From contig NW_026250421.1 of the NCBI RefSeq assembly GCF_024521635.1, positions 682,001 to 746,000 of the forward strand: a stretch of 64,000 bases of DNA. Direction: 5' to 3'. The translations under genes were made by a program, and so were the position numbers. This stretch comes from Tricharina praecox. Its lineage: Eukaryota. Positions 1 to 12,523 of this stretch are shown here, in pieces (position 1 is the first letter of the stretch; each line of letters begins with the position of its first letter). The notes beneath the pieces are model-generated. The model did no database searches. It was not told the origin of the DNA and was given only the letters and a program-made list of their open reading frames with translations.

Positions 1-434
1 CCTATAATAACTAGACCAACGACCTTCCCCCCAAGAAACTCCGTTTATGTGTGATGAGAAAAGGAATGTATGTACAAAAGAGCTGATGTTGCTAGGGATT
101 AGAACAGAAAAAAAGAAGAAAGAAAAGAAAGAAAAGCAACGGGAAAGAAGAGCGAAAAGCGAAGAAAAAGGCACAAACAGTAGGGGAGAATGAAACAAAA
201 TGAAACAAAAATGAAGTGAGAAAGCAAAACCGATACCGATACCCAAGCCGATAAATGCAAAGATCATGAACATAGACGCTGAAAACCGACAAGACGTATA
301 AACAAAACAAAACAAAAAAAAGGTTCGAAACCACAAACATCCCATCCCGCTCGCAAGAAACAGGAGCAACCAACATGAAGGATCCCAAACCAAACCAAAA
401 AAACAACACCGTCACTCGCTCGCCCGCCGCATGA

Positions 435-1544
435 TCACCGCTGCTCAAACAACCTCGCGCCCATAGGCGCCTCCCTGTACCTCCCCCCCTTGACCCAAGC
501 GCCCCTAACACTGCGCCCATCACCATCACCCTCTCTATCGACATCCTCCTCGACCGGCCACAAATCGAACCTAAAGCTATCCCTATGCTCCAGGGGGATG
601 AGACGCCTCCCCCACTGATCCTCGAAGCGGACCTCACCATGCGGCCACATCTTGCGTGCGATGACCGGATGAGTCACGGCCTTTTTTGGCGGCGTGGCCG
701 CCCGCCGGATGATGCTGACTCCCGGCCGCAGGAATGTCACCTCCTCGTCCTCCGAGGAGTCATCGCCACCACCGTTTGAGGGCTCGTGCTCGTTCACCCG
801 CAGGTCCACCTCCTCGTCTGCGCGGCTGGGTGAGCGCACCCGCGGCGGTGATCGCACTGTCGGCTGACGTCCGAACAGGGACTCTGGTGGGATCCGCCAC
901 GATGGCGGCGGCGACGAGGGAGGCGACGAGTGCATGTCTGTGCGTGGAGGCGTCAGGTACCCTGATGCTTTCTCGTGCGTGCTGCTGCTGGTGGTGGTGG
1001 TGACATCCGCTGTGGATATGTTGGGGCTGCGGTTGGGGCTGCGGTTGGGACTGCCGGCCCAGCCCAGGCCCGAGGCTATGCCCGCGTCCAGCTCCGGACC
1101 TAAGTCGTCGTCATCGTGGAAGCTGCGCCGCGATGAATTGCGCGAGAGCTTCTGTTTCTTGGCTGGGTTTGACGACGGTTGGTCGTCCGAGGGCATATAG
1201 AACGCCACTGGCGCGGGGAATATCTCGACTCTGTCCAGGAAGCGGACGAACTTCTTTAGCTTCTGGGAGGGCGATGTCGATTCCGATGAGGAGGTGGAGG
1301 CAGAGGAGGGGGAGGGTTCCTGGGAGGGCTTGCGCATGGCCGACGTAAGGGTCGACTGCACCCGCTTCTTGGTGGAAGCGGAGATCAGCGACGGCAGCGT
1401 GGAAAAAGTGTTCCCCATTGCGTCCGAGTTGTCGTAGTAATAAGACTCGATTCCGGCTGGGTCGTCGAGGTAGTAGAATGGCACGATGTCGGCGTCGTCC
1501 TCGTAGTCTTGGGGGGTTAGCGCGGGGGTGAGCGGGCCGCCCAT
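435..1544 (-). CDS. Hypothetical Ser/Pro-rich fungal protein (~369 aa)
   Basis: Long ORF with coding-like GC3 bias. First ATG (MGGPLTP) at 1544, preceded by an A-rich leader and followed by a T-rich 3' UTR. No recognisable domain. Confidence 0.75.
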   Translation of the reverse strand: MGGPLTPALTPQDYEDDADIVPFYYLDDPAGIESYYYDNSDAMGNTFSTLPSLISASTKKRVQSTLTSAMRKPSQEPSPSSASTSSSESTSPSQKLKKFVRFLDRVEIFPAPVAFYMPSDDQPSSNPAKKQKLSRNSSRRSFHDDDDLGPELDAGIASGLGWAGSPNRSPNRSPNISTADVTTTTSSSTHEKASGYLTPPRTDMHSSPPSSPPPSWRIPPESLFGRQPTVRSPPRVRSPSRADEEVDLRVNEHEPSNGGGDDSSEDEEVTFLRPGVSIIRRAATPPKKAVTHPVIARKMWPHGEVRFEDQWGRRLIPLEHRDSFRFDLWPVEEDVDREGDGDGRSVRGAWVKGGRYREAPMGARLFEQR

Positions 1545-4171
1545 GGTGGTATTCCGGGCACACAAGGAAGTAGTGTTGTTTCTTCCTCCTCTTCTTCTTC
1601 CTCTTCTTCGGAGTGGGGGGAAATCCCAAGCGGCTTTTATATTTTCAAGTTTCTTTTTATTTATTTATGCGAAGAGGCCTTTGCGGGGAGTACAGGGAAG
1701 ATGGGGAGGGGAGCGGATGAAGGGAGGGGAGGGAGGGGTGTATAGGCCTGCAGTTGTGGGGTGCTTGCGAAAAGGCCCAGGAGATCTAGATGAACGGAGG
1801 GGATCCGAATGGGCAGGCAGGTCGGTCAGGGTCAGTTGACTGTGTGGACCGTTTATTCTTTTTTTCCCTTTCTTTTCTTTTCTTTTCTTTTTCTTTTCTT
1901 TCCCCGCTGCCGATATTCGAAAGGGAGGACTTGAGTTTCGTTCCGTTGTTGAGACCGGCGGGACGTCCGTAGGAGGAAAGCCGTGAAGAGGACTGTCAAG
2001 TATCTACTTCGATCTCGGCCTTTGTCTTTAGAGTAGGTAGATGAAGAGTCGTTCGTGTGATCGTCGCAGCAGACACGGCAGCTGAAGAAAGCGAGGAAGG
2101 AAGGAAGGGATCGTCGGGTGAATATCAACCAATACTGAATTCAACCTTCCAGATTGGGACAATATTTCGGATATCGGATAAAAATAAATAAAATGGTGGA
2201 AAAGATTTTTGAGAAAGAATTGACTGGGCGCCTGGGGGTTTCTGTTTGCTCGATTCGTACCACTTGTGTCTTGAAACGACCGGAGGGGGATATGTGGGGA
2301 GGGGATGGGGGCGGGGGAGGTGGATCCAGAGGAAGTGCAGGAAGAGGCGAGGGAAACACGAGCGAGAACTTCTTTTTCTCCAGAAGAAAGTTTTGTGGAC
2401 GGCACGAGGGGCAGCCTTTATACGGACACGGGCTGAGCGAAAGGCTGGCAAAGATGCTCCGGTATCGGCATCAGTACGTTGGCCGCGCCTGACACGGATT
2501 CTGACTGCTGCCTGTGAGTGTGAGTGTGTGGGTGGGTGTGCGTGGGTGCGTGAGTGCATGCGTGCGCCCTCATTATCGGCGCTATGTATTCGGTCTCACT
2601 GTGACATGAGCAGCAGCACGGTACGGTGCGCCGGGAGAGACATGAGCTCGAGGCAGAGGAGGGTGAGGACCGGAGGGTCTACGTTTAGTTTTCTTTGCCT
2701 CGCTCCTGCCTCCCTCCCTCTCAGCAGCAGCAGCAACAGTGCGAATTGTAACGGGCGATGATGTGCTTCTTCTTGTCCTTCACCATCGTCATCATCTTTT
2801 CTTCATCATCATCCACTAACTAGCGGGCTTGGGGACGGGAGGGGGGGCTGTGAGTGAGCAACAAAACCACCAGGACCAGGCAGGGCATCCCCATCCCCAT
2901 CCCATCCTCCATCCCAGTCACCGTTATGGCGGGTATCACTCGCACGCTCGCTCGCAAAACAAAAAACGAAACCCGCGATGTGCGCCGACATGGATGGCAG
3001 GATGCTGGGGTGGGTAAGGTAACTAAGGACTCACGTTGCACATACTAATAGCTCAGCTGCATCGCCCATGCCCATGCAGCAGCTGCGAGCAGGCCGATCC
3101 GCTCGCCTCCAGACGTGCTCAGGCAAGGTACATACAAATGTTCGCCAATATTTCAAATCCGCGCGGTGCTGGGGATGATCCTCCCCCCCCCCCCCCACCC
3201 TCAACCCTCCCCCGTCGTTCGTCGTTCGTCGGCGTCGGCGGCGGTGGGGCGAATGAGCCGATGCCGACGATCAGCCAACCACAGTGGGGAGAAGGATGCC
3301 CACTCACTGCGCTCCATGCCTCTTTGAAGTTGCTCCACCTCCACCGAAGAGAACAAATCTATTACTAGAAAATGGGCTCCGGAATCCAGAGGCAGTGAGC
3401 CTTGGGGCACCGCTTCGATAAGCGAAAGAACCATGGAAGCATGTGGAATGCGAGAGCTTACAGTATGTACTACAGACCAGCAGAGTAGAGCACAAGTGTA
3501 CTATACATGTTCTCCAGAACATCAGCCTTCCCCTCCCCTCCCCTCGCTCCCATCGTCGAACTGAACGGAACGCTGATTGCCAGGACTTAGGTATGAGGTA
3601 TGTACACAGCCCCCCAACTGGCAACTGGCAACTGGCGGCTGCTAGATGTTCCTGTGATTTGATTCGCGCCGTCTTGTCCGTTCCATCCGTCTCGTCCGTC
3701 GTCGTTTCTCTTCGGACAAGCCAGGAACCAGGAAGTTTCATCCGGGCTCATACGGCTTCCCAGCAACTGTCGACGGGGTGTGTGGGTTGTAGTGTACGTA
3801 CAGTCTTGATCGACGACGTCATCCATCACGTCGACCATCCTCGAGGCCCTCGAGGCCCGGCGACGCGTTTCGTACATACCCTACCCTAACCACCCTCCCC
3901 CACCTACCCAGCGGACTAGGTATGCTATCCGTCCCATCCTATGCTAAGCCTGGGCTTAAGTCTTGAGAACTCGGGAACGAGAGTTGTGAGCACAGTACCA
4001 CACCGTATGTACCGCACCGCGCTGCCGTGCAGGCATGCTGATGCTGGTACTTAGTCGCCGCATGCACTTTGCACAAGCCAGAGTGGGGACGTGTGTCATA
4101 TGTCACCCCCCCCCCCCCCCTTTGGTACCGGTAGAAGTGGGTACTTGCGAGCCACCAGGGTTGGGGGGGGT

Positions 4172-4460
4172 TGTCGTTCTTTTTGTGATTGCACAGTGTT
4201 ATCTTTCTTTTTGTCCTATTTGGGATTACAGCGGTTCGTGATTGGGTGGAGGGTATTATCCTTCTTTTCGTGATTGGGTGGAGGGTATTATCCTTCTTTT
4301 CGTGATTGGACGGTGTTATCGTTCTTTTTGTTTATCGTTCATTTTGTCCTGTTTTGGATTACAGCAGGATAAGTTTTGTTTTGTGATTGAGCGGTATTAT
4401 TCTTCTTTTTACGATTGGACGGTATTTAAGTATGGTATTATCATTCTTTTCTGTCCCGTT
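4172..4460. repeat. Degenerate T-rich tandem array (~29-32 bp unit, GGTRTTATCNTTCTTTTYGTGATTGG)
   Basis: Exact 32-bp duplication TTCGTGATTGGGTGGAGGGTATTATCCTTCTT at 4235-4298, plus several diverged units. Confidence 0.7.
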
Positions 4461-4730
4461 TCGGAATTATATATCCGCTTTTGCGCTTCACAGTGCACAC
4501 CGGCCCTGATTCGGAGCTGCGCAGGCTGCAGCATACCGCAACGTACCGTACTCGTGAGACGGTGCTCGATGGGGTTCTACACGAACGCCGAAGCGACCGT
4601 CTCGTCTTCTCGCGCTGCGATGCGATGCAGCCAGTGGGAGTGGGGGACTACCGTATATTGGATAATTACCGGTATGTAGGATGTTCGCTGCGCACGTTCT
4701 ATGGCCAGTATCCCGTGTCCGTGGCCGGCC

Positions 4731-4799
4731 GGCCGACGAACAGAGACAGACGGCCGACGAACAGAGACAGACGGCCGACGAACAGAGACAGACGGCCGA
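4731..4799. repeat. Minisatellite, 21-bp unit x ~3.3
   Basis: GGCCGACGAACAGAGACAGAC repeated perfectly three times. Confidence 0.9.
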
Positions 4800-7352
4800 A
4801 AGCAAGCAAGCAGTAGTACATTCCGGTACCGGCATGTGCGTATTGCGAACAACGCCGACTCTCGAACTCTCGAGTCACTGTTATGTAGTACTCATCCGGC
4901 GCCGGCGCCGCCAGCACTAACTACCCGCCGCACTCGCAGCGCTAACTAACCAAGCCTTCTCGCCTCGCGAGGAATGGAGGCGAACGACGTCAAGACTCAA
5001 GTAGGCGGAGATGTGGCGAAGACTCAAGATAGCAAGAGGAAAGGGAAAAGGAAAAGGAAAAGAAAGGCACACTGGCTACTGACTACTGCCCACTGACCAT
5101 GGCCACTGACCGGCCCTCGCAATCGGATGGGAGATGGGCTGGGTACTCTAGTCAGGTATCGGCTCACTCTCGGGTCTCGAGTCTTGCAGCGTGACTGTCT
5201 GCGATAATTGATTCCTACAGCTCCTACACCCCACCATCATCACCACCATCCTCATTAGCACTACCAACGTTTCCAGCCCTCTGCCTGCCAGCTCGTGAGT
5301 GGTGCTGCCAGCCCGCCCTTCGCACTTCACACAGACATCGCGAAGAAAAAAACAAAACGAAAACGAGCAACACTCGCTTGCAAGCGAAGCGCCAAGGTCA
5401 GGTTCTCTTTCCTCATCCTCATCCTCTCCCTCTCCCTCTTCCACTCCTCTGTAGTCCTCTGTATGCAACAAATTATGCAATGCATCCCTACCTACCTACC
5501 TACCTACCTACCTACCCCATCCCTGTCACGCCTGCCTGCAGCACGCGCGTTGCAATTGGTCGTCCGCAACGTCCTCGTGGATCTCTGCATGGTGCACCAG
5601 GCTAAGTTAATGCCGATCGCTGTTGAAGCGAGCGAGATACAGTGGGTAGCTCGTCGATAAATCAACAAAATAACGAACGAACGAGCGAATGGTCCGGCAG
5701 GGCGGAGAAAGAGTCCGCGAGCGATGGAGACAGATGGGGTGGAGAGTGGGGGGGGGGGGGAGGGGGGGGGGGGGTGGGGAGACGAGACGAGACGAGACGA
5801 GACATGTGCGCTCGCTCCGTGGATGGTGCGAAAGTGCAGAGGCAGAGAACGAACGGCTCGAACGGTTTGAACGGTTTGAACGAACGCATCGAACGCACGG
5901 AGTCTGACCGGCCGGCGAGGAATCGGGACAAAACAGCCAACCGTCTAACCATCCAACCATCCAACTACAGAACCAACTAGTGCTGATCTGAGGGAAGGTA
6001 AGCTGCCCCACTACTCTACATACATCATACATTGTTGCTCTACATACTCTACTCTACGTAGAGCAGCTCCTGCCTGCTTGCCTGCCTGCCTGCCTGTCTG
6101 CCAGGCAGATGTCTGCTGGGTGGGTATGTGTGTAGAGTATGTAGATGTAGGCAGAGGATGTAGAGGCGGGTGTGTAGGTACTATACTCACGCTCCATACC
6201 CTGCCGATGTATGTAGCAAATGTATGTAGCATACGCACCCCCGCCCCCCCCCCCCCCCCCGCACCGCGTGGTGTGCGGATATGTAGAGTATCCATCGTCC
6301 ATCGACCATGTTGACGTCACCGAGTGGGCTCGTGAAGGCTCTTGAGGTAGATTGTCAGACGAGCCCTAGCCTTGGGGGGGATTTCCGATGGATGGACTGA
6401 AGAAGACGAGGACGAGGACGACGAGGATGAGGAGGAGAGAAAGGGTTACGTTACTGCATTCGGGGAGGGGGAGGGAGGGGGAGGGGGGGGGGGGGGCTGG
6501 CATCCTGGAGAGCTCGTTCGATCTTGGTAACCAACCGGCTTTGAGCGCGGTCGCTCAGTCGCCCAAGTCGCCCAGGCTGGTGGCCCGTGGTGGTGTGCGG
6601 GTAATATACGCATACGCGTGAGTGGGTGTGATGCGAGATGGGGTTTCGCCAAGGATCTGAGAGAAAAGATGGGATCAGAGAAAAGAAAAGAAAAGAGAAG
6701 AAACGAACGAACGAGGGCGAGATACGGGGGGAGAGGAGGGGGAGGTGATTAGAATTTGGCGAAGAGAGGGAGAGGGAGGTGATTAGAATTTGGCGAGGAG
6801 AGGGTGAGGGTGAGGGAGAGGGAGAGCTTCTCGAGCGCCGAGAGGATAAGCTGAGAGATCGACGACGACAACTACTTGGCTGCACCTTCTCTCTTCCCTT
6901 CCCTTCCGTGGCCGGGTGAGCATGGCCGGGCCAGGCCACATGGTGCCTCGGTGGACGGAAAGGGATAATATCAGCCCCGACTGCCCACTGCCCAGTACCC
7001 ACTGCTCACTTCCCACTGCCCCAGCGCGGAACAAACATCCTCCCTCAGGAAGCCACGGAAGACGTACTCTACAGAGGCAAGTAAGAGTAGGGACATAGCT
7101 GAGTGCGACTGCCAATATATTCTATCTACCTGCGTGCTCTACACAGCACAGCCGAGCCTGCCGCGCCGCGCCGCCGCGGCATCTGGCCTTCCGGACGGCT
7201 GTGCACACTGCTCAGCGCTATACGTACGTAACTACAAAAGCCGATCCCTCTTCCCCAGGCCATCTTCACCTCCATCTCCACGGAGGGAGGAAGCCGAGTG
7301 GCGAGACCACCGTTTCATTTTCTCTTCCCCACCCATCCATCAATGCAGAAGC

Positions 7353-7396
7353 AACCAACCAACCAACCAACCAACCAACCAACCAACCAACCAACC
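7353..7396. repeat. Microsatellite (AACC)11
   Basis: Read directly from the sequence. Confidence 0.95.
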
Positions 7397-7852
7397 ACCC
7401 CGCCATATCCGTGGTTCGCCGGCCGGTGGTAGGGGGATAAATTGGGAGCGGTGCGGATGACTGAGACACCCAGACACTGAGACACTGAGGTAGCAAAAAA
7501 TGAAGCTAACCACTCAGCCCGCTCGCTCGTCGCTCGATGCCGTGCGTTTGGATGTCGTTTCTTTTTTTCCCTCTCCCTCCAGAGTGAGCAAATGACAGAA
7601 GACCTTGAGGATGTACGACATGGGACATACCATCAAAGGTGAGTACAATGTGGCGTCTATGTCTCCCCCCCTGCGTAGGATACATCAAAGAGTCGCCGAA
7701 TCCGAATCCGAGCCGGTAGTCGGGATTCGGGACTCGGTGAATGATGATCCATGATGAGCATACAGTGTTATGTATGGTATGTACGATATGGAAGTACGGT
7801 ACACTCTGTGCACCGCAGGCGCACTTGCACTATTTACTTTCACTTTCACTTG

Positions 7853-7925
7853 CACTCCTCACTTCTCACTCCTCACTTCTCACTCCTCACTTCTCACTCC
7901 TCACTTCTCACTTCTCACTCCCCAC
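7853..7925. repeat. Compound heptamer repeat (CTCACTT/CTCACTC)n
   Basis: Read directly from the sequence. Confidence 0.85.
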
Positions 7926-10737
7926 TCCTTTCACTTGCATCGCCCCGCCACCGCGGACAGCGCAAATACCGACAATCTAGATGAGTAGGTAGGGCATATA
8001 GGGCATGTATCATAGCTGAGTAGCTACCGGTAGCTACGATGCCGAACCCAACTAGCGGGCAGCAGCATTTCAGCAGCAGCACTTCAACAGCAGCAGCAGT
8101 AAAAGGTGTGGTTACTCTGCGTATACTGTATGTACGGCTTATGAGCTAGTCCATCCATCCATCGAGAAACAGTGAACCACCGATCCTGATTGGTCCGGTC
8201 ACTCTCATCACTTCACTTCACTCACCACCGAGGTTGTTTTCCGTTTCGTTTGGTTGGTATCGTTTCGTTTCGTTGCGGTGGATAGCGCTGTGTTACTGTG
8301 CAGGCAGATACTTCTCACTGAATGGATTATAGGCAGCGTCAGTTGGGACTGTGACTGGGAGGCTACGAGGTTACTCCGATCGTGAGCTGCTCGCGAGGCC
8401 TGGTCTGCGAAGGTCTAGGCCGTACAATGGTATTTAGCCAGCTGCGGGCCTCCAAAATCAATCGACGCCACCCGCCCGCGAGCGCGAGCGCGAGGATGAC
8501 TCGTATGTATGTACCGTGTAGGTTCTACAGCCGTGTAAGCTGGCAGATTCCGAGCTGGAGCTGCGGTGGAGCTGGGGGGGGAGTAGGAGTTTGGACTGCG
8601 GACAATACCACTGCAGCCTTCAGCCTTCAGCTCAGCTCGGCTTGTCCGACGGATGGACGGGCGTTTGTATCACGGCGGCGCGAAAGCTGATATGACCTAT
8701 CGTGGGAATGTATACTGTAGCAGTAGGCAGCTACCTATAGTATGATATGGTATAATATGGTAGTCTATACCTCACGGACGTCAAATCCTAATTGTGAATC
8801 TGTGACGGGAGGAGGAAGCTGCGAGTGAGATCGTGTGATCCTTCCTTGCCACACACCACACTTCATACCGTATCGTACCGTACCGGCGTTGGACTAGGTA
8901 GGCAATGTGACCGTGCCCGCTCGTGCATATCAATTGGATATGCTTCAAACTTCGATCAATCGAATCGGTGTCCTGCGCTCTAGTTGTACGTTAACGTCGC
9001 ACCGATTTCGAAGGCCGAAATACTTCTCCTCAGCGATTCCCTTCCCTCCTGGTGGAGATCCGGACTTTACGCCAGCGTGTGGGGTGGAAGGCACATGCGG
9101 TGAGTCCTCTCTGGCGATCGTGAGCGACGAAGCAGCAGAACGCACATGCCCTACATCAACCAACGTCCGACGTCCGTTCATCCGTTCCGCAGCGCCAGCG
9201 ACACACGATATCACCCACCGTACCTCGCCGCACTGCGCTTTTGGCATTCACGGATATGCATAAAAGTCCCCAGTGTACTGTACTTTAAATACCTCGCTCT
9301 TGTTCCTCCGGGGCGAAATAATGCCGTTCGATGTCAGAGCTCCCCTACAGACCACCACCGACCCCCAGCCCGAGCGCTCGAATATTGCGTAAGGAAAACG
9401 GAGGGGAAATGTCCAGCCATGTGACTTGGTGCCAGATGCTGCTGCTGGGGCCTGGGATATCTAGATTCTACAGGAGCGGGCTTCGAACGTTGCACCGAGA
9501 ACCGAGGTGGTGGGGTGGGTGGGTGGGGAGGAAGCAGGAATCTTACCTACCTATACCAGTAATCTAATCAAGAATCCAGAGGTAAGGTAAGGTCCGTTTT
9601 ACTACGGAGGAAGAGGGTGCTCAGAGCGGGGAAGGTGAGGTAGGACGGGACTAAGACCAACTCAGCAACGATGAAGGTGTTGGATAGTAATGCTTGGTAA
9701 CCACCGGTACTACCTAATACCCATCACCTTGAGCAAAACTAAATTGGAATTGACTTTGACGTCTGACTCTCCGGTGGGGCGTGTGCTTGTAATTGCCCTC
9801 ACACTGGAGTCTGGGATGAAAGCGTGTTACCTATGTAATCACGAATCCCCATCTCCCCGCGATGCTATGATATGACATATCATGTTAGACTTGATATCCC
9901 AAGTGCATCGATCGCCGGCAGAACTCTGGCTGGTACATTTCAAAATTCGGGACCACGAGCTGGTCCAAAAAATCCCACGCCAGGGAAGTACATATCGTTG
10001 GGTACATATCTTTGGGTACTACAGAGCACCACCTCACCGTTTCGAAGGGCAGTTTTATGCGGAAGTGAGGCGTACGGTAGGTATAGCTGCTCCACGATAT
10101 GCAATATTTACATACAGCACTTCGTGTGGAGCTCTATCACAAGCGCAGAATCGACACTTCTGCAAGTCATCGATATCGCTGTGGTGCAGTGGTGCGTGTC
10201 TCAGCCGATACTGATGTGCGCGGGTGACTGGATTCAAGCTTTCGCATTGGAGTATCATGCATACCTGGTATCGGCCGTTTCGAAACAACATTCGGATTGA
10301 AGACAATCGCAGCGAAGGAATGGCCTTCCAAGTTCCGCTGCCGGTACCGAGATCATATGGCTTCGGTGCACCCCGCGGTGGTCACTGGTGGCTGCGGTTC
10401 TTTGCTTTCTCTGGCGCGCCGTAACTTGTGTCTCGGCTATCCGTATCATTCCCGAATCCCAGGTGGTTGCTTCCCCGCGCCGCGCTTCGGGCCGAAGCTT
10501 TGGCTTGTTTTTGGACCCTGGTTGAAGTTAGCCCGCCACGAGCGCCGCCTACGTAATCCCCCGTGTGTATGTAGCTATGTCATCACCACTTTTCCTAGCC
10601 CTCGATCTACCTATGGCCTGGCCTGGCGGCGACGTTGGGGCAACTGCACGTTGCAACCACATCCCCGCGCCATGATAACCATCTTCCCCGGCTGCAGCGT
10701 GCAATCGTTCAGAGCACGAGTGGTAACAAAAGTGTGC

Positions 10738-12220
10738 ATGGCGAGCTCGAGTGCTGTCCTCGGAAAGCGGGCCAGGTCGGTGTCGACCGATGCGGCTGCC
10801 TATGATGAAGGTTGGTTTTCCAGGAGGTGGGACGCAGCGTGAGAAGAGCTGATCGTTCGGCGATGATTAGCTGCAGCATCGGAATCTGAATCGGAACCTT
10901 TCGTCTGGCCTGCCCCTCTAGCGAGGCTCGAAGCGGCCAGAAACTTCATTCGAGAATGGTTCGACTCCCCTCACCGGCTTTGCGCCGTGGTACTCGCTGA
11001 CTCCCAGCAGTGCCGCCTCTCCAAAGAACATCCTCCTCGTCCCAGACCGGGATGCGGACGGCCTCTCTTCTGGTACCATAATGTCACTAGCCCTACAACT
11101 CCTCTCCAAGCCGCAGCACCAGATCCACACGCACTTCGTCCTAGCAGGCCGCAACATATTCAGCACCGAGGAGCGGGAGTTGATGACGGGCCTCTGCCGC
11201 GAACAAGAAATTTCGCACATGATCGTACTTGACCAAGGCTCGCGCGCAGCGCCGCCACTAGTGGAGGCAGACACGGGCACCAAAGTCCTGATCATCGACC
11301 ACCACCAGAGCGCGCACTTCCCCTCGGGCGCGGTGGTAGTGAACGCGTGCGCGCACGCGCCTGTCGCCACATCGAGCGTGCTAACGTACGCGATCTGCGA
11401 GCCGCTGCACGCCGCGGTGGAAGAGAAGGCGGCGTGGCTCGCCGTGCTGGGGGTGTTTGGCGACCTTGGTCCGTCGACGAAGCTGGAGCCGCCGTACCCG
11501 CCGGCCCTCGCCGCGGCGAAGAAGAAATACCGCGCCACGCATATCTCGAGCCTCACGGCGCTGATGAATGCGCCAAGAAGAACGCCAGAGTGCAATACCA
11601 TCGATGCGTGGATGCTGCTGCAGCACGCACCAGACGATGAGAATCCGCCCACGCCGAAGAGGATCTTGGATGGTGAGGTGGACAAGGTTGGGATCGAACA
11701 GCTGAGGGATGCAAGTGCCAGGATTAAGGCGGAGACCGAGAGGTGCCGGCGCAACGCACCCGTGTTCTCGGCGGATAGGAGGGTCGCCGTCGTGCTTATG
11801 CACTCCGCATACCAAATTCATGGCCCTATCGCCACCATGTGGGCCGGGTTCCTGAAGGGTAGCAGGCTCGAGGTGGTCATGGCAGCGAATACGGGGTATG
11901 TCGAGGGGAAGGTCAACTTTTCCTGTCGGATGGCTCGGTCAGCTAAGCCACCGGATGGAGAGAGCGGCGTGGATATCATCGCCATGCTCTCGGAATACGC
12001 TGCGAAGGATCAGTGGCTGCTGGAAAACGTTGGGACGGAGTTTGCGAATGGTCACAAGCAGGCGACCGGTGGAAGCCTGAGGAAGGACGTGTGGGAGATG
12101 TTTGTGGAGAAAGGATTGGAGCTGACGAAGAAGGAGGATAAAAAGACGAGGAAATCGAAGAAGGAACCGGCAGAGAAGAAGCAGAAGAACACGCTGGATG
12201 CGTGGGTCAAAAAGGACTAG
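10738..12220 (+). CDS. DHH/DHHA1-family phosphoesterase (RecJ-like), 456 aa, 3 exons
   Basis: Exons 10738-10810, 10871-10958 and 11011-12220 join in frame via GT-AG introns. Motifs ILLVPDRDADG (motif I), IVLDQG, IIDHH, GVFGD and C-terminal NGHKQATGG (DHHA1-like). Confidence 0.9.
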
Positions 12221-12523
12221 CGCTGTCGTTACATCATAGCTATCACTCGGTTTCTCCTCAATCGGCACCCAGAGATTCTTCCTTTCAAAAGTACCAACCC
12301 TTACCCGTGATGCTTGGAACAGTCTTAGGGCGTTGAAGCACTCGCCGGCAACGTATTTCTGTGTAGGTTTACATCGCCCAGACCAGTTCATGCTCATCCC
12401 ACTCTCTCCCACCTCCTGGCCTCTCGACCCCACTACCATAATCACAACTCCTCTACTGTATAGCCCTCCGCCCCTTCTCCGCCACATCCGGCACCGCAAC
12501 TCGCCTCCGACATTATAAGCGCA

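Noticed and set aside
10950..10985. GGTTCGACTCC, resembling a tRNA T-loop / B box
   Set aside because: The T-stem does not pair, there is no cloverleaf, and it is the 5' splice site of a DHH gene intron.
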